From Rhizaria sp. SCN 62-66 (lineage: Eukaryota), in contig MEDY01000018.1 in NCBI GenBank assembly GCA_001724265.1, positions 1 to 64,000 on the forward strand: a DNA stretch of 64,000 nucleotides, read 5' to 3'. The first letter of the stretch is position 1. Each line of letters opens with the position of its first letter. The translations under genes and the position numbers were made by a program. Below the pieces are notes generated by a model. It saw only the letters and a program-made list of their open reading frames with translations, was not told the origin of the DNA and made no database searches. Of this stretch, positions 56,171 through 64,000 are shown piece by piece.

Positions 56171-59100
56171 ATGTTTTCCGCCGGCGCCGTTGTGCGCCAT
56201 ATGCGCTCCTCTCTCGCCACAGCGACTGTGAACACCGCCCGCTCTGTTGCTCTCCCGCAACTCGCAACCACTACAACTGCGGCGACCGCTAGCTCTGCAG
56301 CTTCGCTCCCCGTGACTGCGTCCCGCTCCCGCGTTGTGCCCGCGATTGTCTACATCCCTGCGGCGTATGCGCACTCGTTCACCTCCGTGAACAGCGACTT
56401 ATCAACCCTCCTCGACACTCCCCGCTCCCGCGGCTCAGGTAACAACAACAGCAACAGCAGCAGTGGCGTCAACGTTCGCCAACGGCAGCAGCGCCCCAGT
56501 GGCAACGACCATACCACCGGCTTTAGCTCTGAAGCCGACGTCTACGGCGACAACCCAGCTGACGCGGACGCTGACGCTGAGTCTACGGTCGATGCGACAG
56601 CGACTTCGGATGCGACTGCCGCAGCCGAAGTCGAGGCTGTCGAGCCCGATCTGACCACTGTGCCCCGGCGCCCCGTCCGCGCGCGCCCGTCCCTCGGCAA
56701 CCAGTCCTTCTCTGACCTCAAAGTGCCCGCCCACATCACTGGCATGCTCAAGTCGACTGGCCTCACCGCGCCCAGCGCCATCCAGCGGCTCGCACTGCCG
56801 TTTCTCCTGCGCCGGTGGGACCGCGAGCAGGGCAAGCTCTACGCGCCGCCCACGGTCGCGCTGCAGGACTACACGGGCAGCGGCAAGACGCTGGCGTACG
56901 CGATCCCGCTTGTCTCCGCCGTCGACAACTACATCGACGCGCGCATTCTGCCGCCGCAGGTCGTGGGCGCGATCCACCGGTTGCGCGGGATCCCTTTGCC
57001 GCCGCCGCCCCCGCTGGCCGCCGTGGGGACCATGGCCGACGAGCGGGCGCGGCACGCGAGCGTCGAGTACCGCGCTGATGATGCGTATGACCCTGACGCA
57101 TCCTTCACCAACAACAACAGCAGCAATAACAATGCGAATGGTGATGGCTACGGTGAGGACACGGCGAGCAGCGTCGAGGCGCGCACGCGTGTGCGCCGCA
57201 ACGCTTACCTGCGTCAGAAGCTCCGCGAAGTCTTCCCCACCCTCCCGGACTCGCAACTCGACCCCGAGGCGCCCCAGAGCAGGCTGCAGGGCATAGTCAT
57301 CGTGCCGACCAAGGAGCTCGCGCACCAGGTCGCCGCGACGCTGGGGCAGCTTAACGGCGACGGCAGCAAGGCGCGGCGCAAGAACCCCGTGGTGGTGGCC
57401 ACATGCGCCGGTCGCGTCACGGCCGCGATGCTTCATGACCTCGGCCTGGGGCTCCGCTCGCGGCCCGGACAGGTACGTGCTTGAGACGAAACAAATCCAA
57501 CATCGCTTGATATATCTTGAAGTAAAATGATTATATTTCATTTTATTTTCTTGCTATGTTTCTATTTTACGTGTTTCGTTTTAATGAGAGTCTGTCTTGA
57601 TCACTTATGAACTCACATCACACTTTTCATGTCGCTCTTTGATGTTGTATTGCATTGCAGGACGAGCAGTTGTCGACGCCGGCACCGTTCGTCGAGTTCG
57701 GCAAGGGCCACGCGCTGCACCGCCCCGACCAGGCCGAGCAGCGCTCGCTTGCGGCCGCCGTGGAGAAAGACGAGACGATGCGCGAGCTGTACATGATCGA
57801 GCGCGCGCAGGAGACGGCGCGGCTCGAAACGGTGATGAAGTCCGTCGAGGCAGACCGCGCCGCCGCGCTGTCCGCGTACCGCAGCATGGACCACAGCCGT
57901 CTCGTCACGGCTGGCGTCTCGGCGACGCGGCTGAAGCTCCCCGCCTTCAGCACCGCCGACGCTGCCGACCACTCGGGCTCGAGCAGTGGCGGTAAGGCGA
58001 GTCAGAGGAGCTCGATTGACGGCTTCGCTGAGGCGGACATCGTCGAGGTCTCGGTCGGGTCTGTCAATGCGACTGCGACTTTGGCTAATAGCCGCGAGTC
58101 TGCGGACGCCATCGAGGCCGTGCTTCTGCTCTCGACCGCGGCCGACTCTGGCGACCTGCCCCCGATGCTGCAGGCGCGCGCCAAAGAGGCCGCAGACGGC
58201 GTCCGGGCCCATCACGCGCTTGTCACCTACGAGGACCAGCGCCGCGGCCTCAGCAAGAGCAGCGGGAGCCACAGCAGCAGCAGCGACGGCGAGAACGCGG
58301 TCGTATCACGCGAGGAGCAGGTGCCCCTGAGCGACGATGCGGCGCCCGAAGTCGATATCGCGGTTTCAGTCACGCCGGAGTACGTGGCGCGGCAGGAAGC
58401 CCGCGCGCTGCAGGCCGACCGCCGTCGCAGCGACCGCGAGCACTGGAACGCGCGCTCCGAGTCACACTCGAGCGCGAACGCTGGCAGTGGCGGCGACGGC
58501 GACTCGGCTGGCGAACAGCAGGCACGGCGTGCGTTCGATAAGGAAGAGCTCGAGCGCGAGATGTCGTACGAGTCGGCCGCGTATGCACCGCTGGTGGCGC
58601 AGCTCGGCGGCGCTCCCGACAGTGAGGTCGAGGTGGACCGCAAAAAGCAGCCGCACATCGTCGTCGGCACGCCCGAAACGATTGCGGCGTTGGTGCGGTC
58701 TGGCGCGCTGCAGCTGCCGAGCACCGCGGTGTCCCCGAACCAGCTCCGGTTCATGGTGTTCGACGAAGTGGACCACTTGGCGCGGAATGAGAACAGCACT
58801 GGCCACCGCGCCGTGCTGGAGCTCATGTCGCTGCCGACGGACCAGACGGTGTTCGTGTCTGCGAGCATGACGCGCGAGACGGCCGTGTTCATGACGCGCA
58901 TGTCGCGCCGCCAGTCGCTGTTCGGCTTCACGGCGCACCCCACTCTTGCGCCCACGCTGACGCAGTACACGCTCGACAAGGCGCGCGAGGCCCGCGAGAA
59001 GCGCGAGAGCAGCGACACGAGCAACGTCACGAGTACTGCCGCTGTGGAGGAGTACCCGTGCCCCAGCGCGGAACAGCAGCGCGCGATCGCGAAGCTGGGG

Positions 59101-60597
59101 CTGCCGATCGCGCGGTCGCCCGCCGACGCGGCCGCCGAAGTCTTGTTCCTCACGCCCGAAGACTACCGCGACGGGGAGACGCGCGGCGAGAGCGAGACCG
59201 CCGGCGCGCGCGCGCTGCCGCTGCCGCCGTATCTGAAGCACTACTACATGCGCGTGCCTGCGGGCTCGGACAGGTACAAGGCGCTGATGGACGTCATGTG
59301 CCAGCTCAAGCACAAGTCTGCGAGCAAGCGCAGGCTCAAGCTCAAGAACCCCATCACCGGTCTGTCTGCAAGCGCGAGTGGCGACGCTGCGGCCAATAAA
59401 GATGCTGAGCTGGCGGCGGCGACGAGTGATGACGGCAAGAGCTACGCCGAGCGGGTCAAGGCGCAGGAACTGCGTGAGTTCCTCTCGGCGCAAGACAAGG
59501 CTCCGCTGCGGCCGCTTGCCAACGTCAAGATCAATGAGGAAGACATGATCCCGGTCCACGGTCAGAGCCAGAGTCGCAGCAACAACTTCTCCAAGAGTGC
59601 TGCTGCTCAGTTCGTTGCTGCTGACTCCGAGCCCAATGTTGACGGCGACGGCGACGGCGACTCCACTGCTATCGCTGCCGCTTCGAGTGCGAGTGCAAGT
59701 GTGAATCCTAGCACGACTGCGCTTGCGTCGACTGTCGCCCCCGGTAGCGTGCTGGTGTTCTTCAACAAGTCAGCCCCTGTGCAGCCCGAGCGCGGCGTCG
59801 GCGTCCTCCGCTCGCTGCAGGACGCGGGGCTCGCCACCGGCGCCTTCACCGACAAGTCCACGCGTGGCGAGCGCGCCGCAGTGCTGAAGCAGACCTCCTC
59901 CAACCCGGCGCTGTCCAACTCCAACAACAGCGCTAATTCGACCAACAACGGCAGCTCGGTTGGCGGGTATGTGACCAAGAAGAAGGACTTGCTCGACGTC
60001 ATCCTGGCGACTGAGAGCATCGCCCGCGGCATGGATCTGCCCAATTTGTCTTTGGTGGTTAACGCCGACGTGCCGCGGTCAACTGCGAGCTACCTCCATC
60101 GCGCCGGCCGCGTCGCGCGCCTCGGCGGGCTGTTTCGCCGCAAGGGCGTGGTGCTCTCGCTCATCAGCGACGAGACGCCCGAGGGGCTCGGTAAGCACGG
60201 CGCGCGCGCGCTCGACGACGAGGCGCTGTTGCGGAAGCACGGCGAAGCGCTGGGCATCGCGATCCGGCCCTGGCCCTACAAGGCCGAGCCCGGGCTGCAC
60301 AAGCAGTTCGTGCGCGACGAAGACGCGATCATGCGCGACGTCAAGAGCAAGGAGCTGCGGCAGATCAAGCACTTGCTGCGCGTCGACGCCACTCGCGCCG
60401 CGAACCCGCGAGCCACAGCTGGGATGAAGATGCCGCCGCTGGAGAGCTCGCCGAGGCAGGAGCCGCGGCTGCCGAGCGCGGCGGCGGCGCAGCAGGCCAA
60501 GCGGCAGGCCAAGCAGGGTTCGCGCCGCGGGCAGAGTCTGGCCGACAACAAGAGCTGGATGACCTGGGACGGATCCAAGAAGGCCTGGAAGGTCTAA
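56171..60597 (+). CDS. DEAD-box (DEVD) RNA helicase, possibly mitochondrion-targeted (~1412 aa; exons 56171-57472, 57661-60597)
   Basis: Q motif (FSDLKV...PSAIQ), TGSGKT, PTKELAHQ, GTP, FDEVD, SAS, ARGMD, HRAGRVAR; Arg/Ser/Ala-rich N-terminus without acidic residues; GTACGT...CAG intron; ends TAA. Confidence 0.9.
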
Positions 60598-60945
60598 GCA
60601 AGCTGTGTAGTTAGAGTACCGCAATATTGAGGGATATGTGACAACTGTTTGCCTCTTTAATTAATATTTATGTGCATTGATGTGCCGTTTGAACAATGTA
60701 TGGAAACATTTTGAAAGGAAATACAATTTAAAGTTGTTTGTCTCTTGTGTCTGAGTAGATGCGCATTGAGTATGCTCCTTGTTGAGGTTTAGATATATTT
60801 GCGTGATAAGACTTGTGAGAAAACAACCAAGAGTAATTTATTTATAATATAGTGTCAACAGATACAAAAATAATCTTTTTTAAAACTAATAGCACGACTG
60901 GCTGGCCATTCACTAATCACACGGCACTAGACGCATACTCATCAC

Positions 60946-63782
60946 TCACATGACAGTGCAGCAGCTGTTGCCACCGCTGTCAAGCTTCATGCGAGCAATC
61001 TCGACGGACTGCGCCTCAGTCTGCAGCCGCAGCTTTGCGATCAGCAAGCTACCCTCGGCAATCTGGTCAGTCCAGTGGTTCTACAGAAGCATAACAAAGC
61101 CAGACAAAAGGAGATACAAGTCAGCAAACATACAATATATCATCCCAATGTCATTCTATGAAGATATAATATCGTATAACAAATAAACCAATTCTAGCCG
61201 AGATACGCATTAGTATAAAGTATTGGTATTCAGATCGAGACAATTCAAGTGTTTTACGAGTGTTTTACGAGTGTGTTCGCGTACCTTTTCTGTGGCGTGC
61301 GTGCGCAGCTCCTCGGCCAGCGCCTCCACGGCGGCCCGCTTTGTCTCGAGCGCCTGCCGCACCTCGCTCTGCGCCAGGTCAAGCCGCTCCTTGGTCTGGT
61401 CGATCTCTTCCGTCAGTGTGGCGAGCTGCGCCTTAAGCGCAGCGACCTCTGCGTCGTGCGCCTTGGACTTGGCCTCGAGCTCCTTGGTGCGGACCTCGTT
61501 CTGCTGCTTGTACCGCTCACTCGCGGCGATCGCGGCCTGTGCCTTCTTCTCCCCCGCCTCGGCCTGCGCAATGCGCTCCTTGAGCGACTCCTCGAGCTTC
61601 TTGGTCATCTCGGCGCGCACCTTGGCATCGGCGGTGGCGAGGCACGCGTCCATCACCGTCTGCGTGTGCGCCGGCACGTGGATGCGCAGCGCCGCCAGCA
61701 GAGCTGGGGAGCGCATGGGCCCGCGGGCCTGCGGGTTGTTGATGTAGCCAGAGTCGATCTCGGACCACAGCAGAGACGTGTACGCCTAGGAAAACAGTCG
61801 GAAAAAGAAAAGGAAGTGTAATGGTGGGAAGGAGATGTTAGTGGCATCGTCATCAATCTTGCCGGTATTTCTTGATGGTTTCATAAAAGGAAGGATATCA
61901 AGAGAACATATGCATAAACATAACATTTGAGTTAAATATTTGTTGTTCAACGTTATTCGTACCTGGATCCAGTCGCCCTTGATGCTCGAGAGCTGACTGG
62001 CGACCTTGGCCATGACGTTCGAGATCACAGCGTCGCACAACTTCTCGCTCACAAGCGTGTTTTCCTCCAGCAACCGGTCCAGCGAGAGGTACCGGATGTA
62101 GTACGCAATCGTCGCGGCTTGATCGCCCTTTCCGGTCAGCAGAGCGGCGTTGTAGCGGCTTGACTTTAGGGCAGCCGCAGTCACACCTAGACCCTCTATA
62201 GCATGCAAATCAAAATCGACAAAGAATAGTAAAGATGAGAACAAAGTAGAGTTAACGCAGATTTGTTGATACATTCGATGATGTGTTGCAACCACGTACG
62301 CGAGTTGACGTCGACGACCTCGTCCGCGAGGCGGCCGACGCTGCCGCGCCTGAGCGCCCCTACCCCGTTGCTCGTTTTGGTCGGACTGAGAAAGTTCTTA
62401 TCCGCGCTCGCACTCGCGCTGGCAGCGGAAGCAGCAGCGGCAGCGCCCTTCTTGTTGGGAGGTGACATCGGCGTCGCAGCTCCAGCGGCGGCCGCCGCCG
62501 CTGCGGATCCGCTAGGCGTTGCGCTGATCTGCATGGCGTCCTTGGTCTGGCGGTGCAGCGTGAGCCTGCGCTCGAAGATCTCGAGCCAGAACTGCGAGAT
62601 GGCGCCGTGCAGCCGACACACCTCGGCCTTGTCCATGGGGAGCTTGTTCTTAATCTCGATTGCGAGGTTCTGGGTGAAGTCACGCTTGACGTCTTCGCAC
62701 ACCTGCTGCTCAGGGTTAATGCTGAACGTGCGGTCAATCAGCAGGTGCATTTGCGGCGAGGACGAGGCCCACTGGCGGAACTGGAGCGACGACATGCGCA
62801 ACTTCGGCCGCGGGCCAGAGAGCAATGAGCTAACACCCGCGCCAGCCCCGTCGCTCTTCTCATCGCTCTCGGTCGCGGTCTTGCTGTCGCCGTCCTTGCC
62901 GCCCTTGCCGCCCTTGCCCTTCGCGCCGTTTTTGTCGTCTTTGCCGTCTTTTGCGCTGCCGTCTTTGCCCTTGGCGCCGGCGCCTGTAGCGGCCTGTTTC
63001 ACAGCGTCAGCCTCTTTGCGCGTGAGTGTGGCGGCGCGTTTCAGCAGCCGCGTCTCAGGGTCGTTGTTGTTGAGCGCGGCGGCGGCGTTCTCGTCGTTGT
63101 CGACGCTGAGCCCGAGTCCGACCGACGAGGACGAGGACGAAAACGACTGCGACTGCGAGACGTCCCCCCCGGCACCGCCGCCGCCGCTGCTGCTGTGGGC
63201 GCCGGCACTGGCGCCGGGCGCGGCAGAGGTGCCAGTGGTGTACACGACCGCGTCACCACTGCCGCCCGACGACGAGGATGACGATGATGACTGTGAGTCA
63301 CGGATAAAGAGAAACGCCTCATCGAGAAACGAGTCGACGTCGGTGGCGAGCTTTCCGCCCTGAGCAAGCGACTTGAAGTGGTCGGGATCCAGGTATTCAG
63401 ACAGCCGCTTGACGGAGCCGATGACTTTTTCGGCAAAACCGCGGAGCTCGTCTTCGTCGACGTAGTTGTCACCGTTGGAGTCGAGGATGCGGAAGAGCGC
63501 GTCAGCCTTCTTGTCCACCGTGCCCTGGGTCAGCAGCAGCACGCCGACCGAGAACTCGTTGAAGTCAATGCTGCCGGAGCCGTCAATGTCGAAGATCTCG
63601 AACAGAGTCTTGCCGAAAAGATCCTTGCTGGCCATCTTGGGAAATTGCTTCTCAATCGCTGACTTGGATAAGGTGCGCTCACCGCTCGAATTCTTGGTGG
63701 CGAGGGAGTCGAAGACCGTCTGCAGGTCCTCGAGGGTCATGTTACCCAGCTTGTCCTCCAGGACGGAGTTGCTCGCACCCAT
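60946..63782 (-). CDS. EF-hand calcium-binding protein (NCS/calcineurin-B-like N-terminus) with coiled coil and C-terminal CaaX (783 aa; exons 63782-62300, 62195-61963, 61785-61285, 61080-60946)
   Basis: MGASNS myristoylation-type start; EF-hands FDIDGSGSIDFNEF and LDSNGDNYVDEDEL; three GTACG...AG introns keep the frame; ends SCCTVM-TGA. Confidence 0.8.
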
Positions 63783-64000
63783 GGTCGCTCAGCGTGGGGG
63801 ACTGCTGATGGCAAGCAGTGCGCGCGAAAGGCAGGGGAAGTGGTGGGAGAGAGCGCGCGGGTGTGACGGTGCGTTCAACTTAAAGACGCCAGAAAGTGTC
63901 TTTTGGTGAGGACTACAAAGGTACAAGCAGCAACACACAATAAATAATAGCACAGGTTAGCTAGGAAGTGACATTTTGTGATATGCGACTTGTGCTGGGA

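Noticed and set aside
1-64000. tRNA (including a CUA suppressor), rRNA, CRISPR arrays or transposase genes
   Set aside because: None recognised by eye; the repeats present are coding microsatellites. A covariance-model scan would be needed to exclude small RNAs.

Overview
Gene-dense eukaryotic (protist-like) nuclear DNA with GC-rich, low-complexity-laden exons and short AT-rich GT-AG introns (14 introns reconstructed, 104-254 nt). Fifteen protein genes can be assembled: histone H2B (partial, with a 3' stem-loop), a large low-complexity protein, an HVA22/REEP-like protein, a Cys-rich GLG1-repeat membrane protein, SRAP/HMCES, a BAG + small-HSP fusion, a CHAT-protease + P-loop NTPase, a ~5785-aa four-domain voltage-gated channel with an EEEE filter, an ARM-repeat protein, SDS22, a PITH protein, a 7TM + TKL kinase, an Ala/Lys/acidic low-complexity protein, a DEAD-box helicase and an EF-hand protein. 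The main observation is that this genome appears to read TAG as a sense codon. Eight isolated in-frame TAGs interrupt four otherwise intact genes, several inside conserved domains. No in-frame TAA or TGA occurs inside any gene model, and all 15 genes end in TAA (7) or TGA (8), none in TAG. Contexts point to Glu, with Gln as the main alternative. All calls come from reading motifs by eye; no database search was run.
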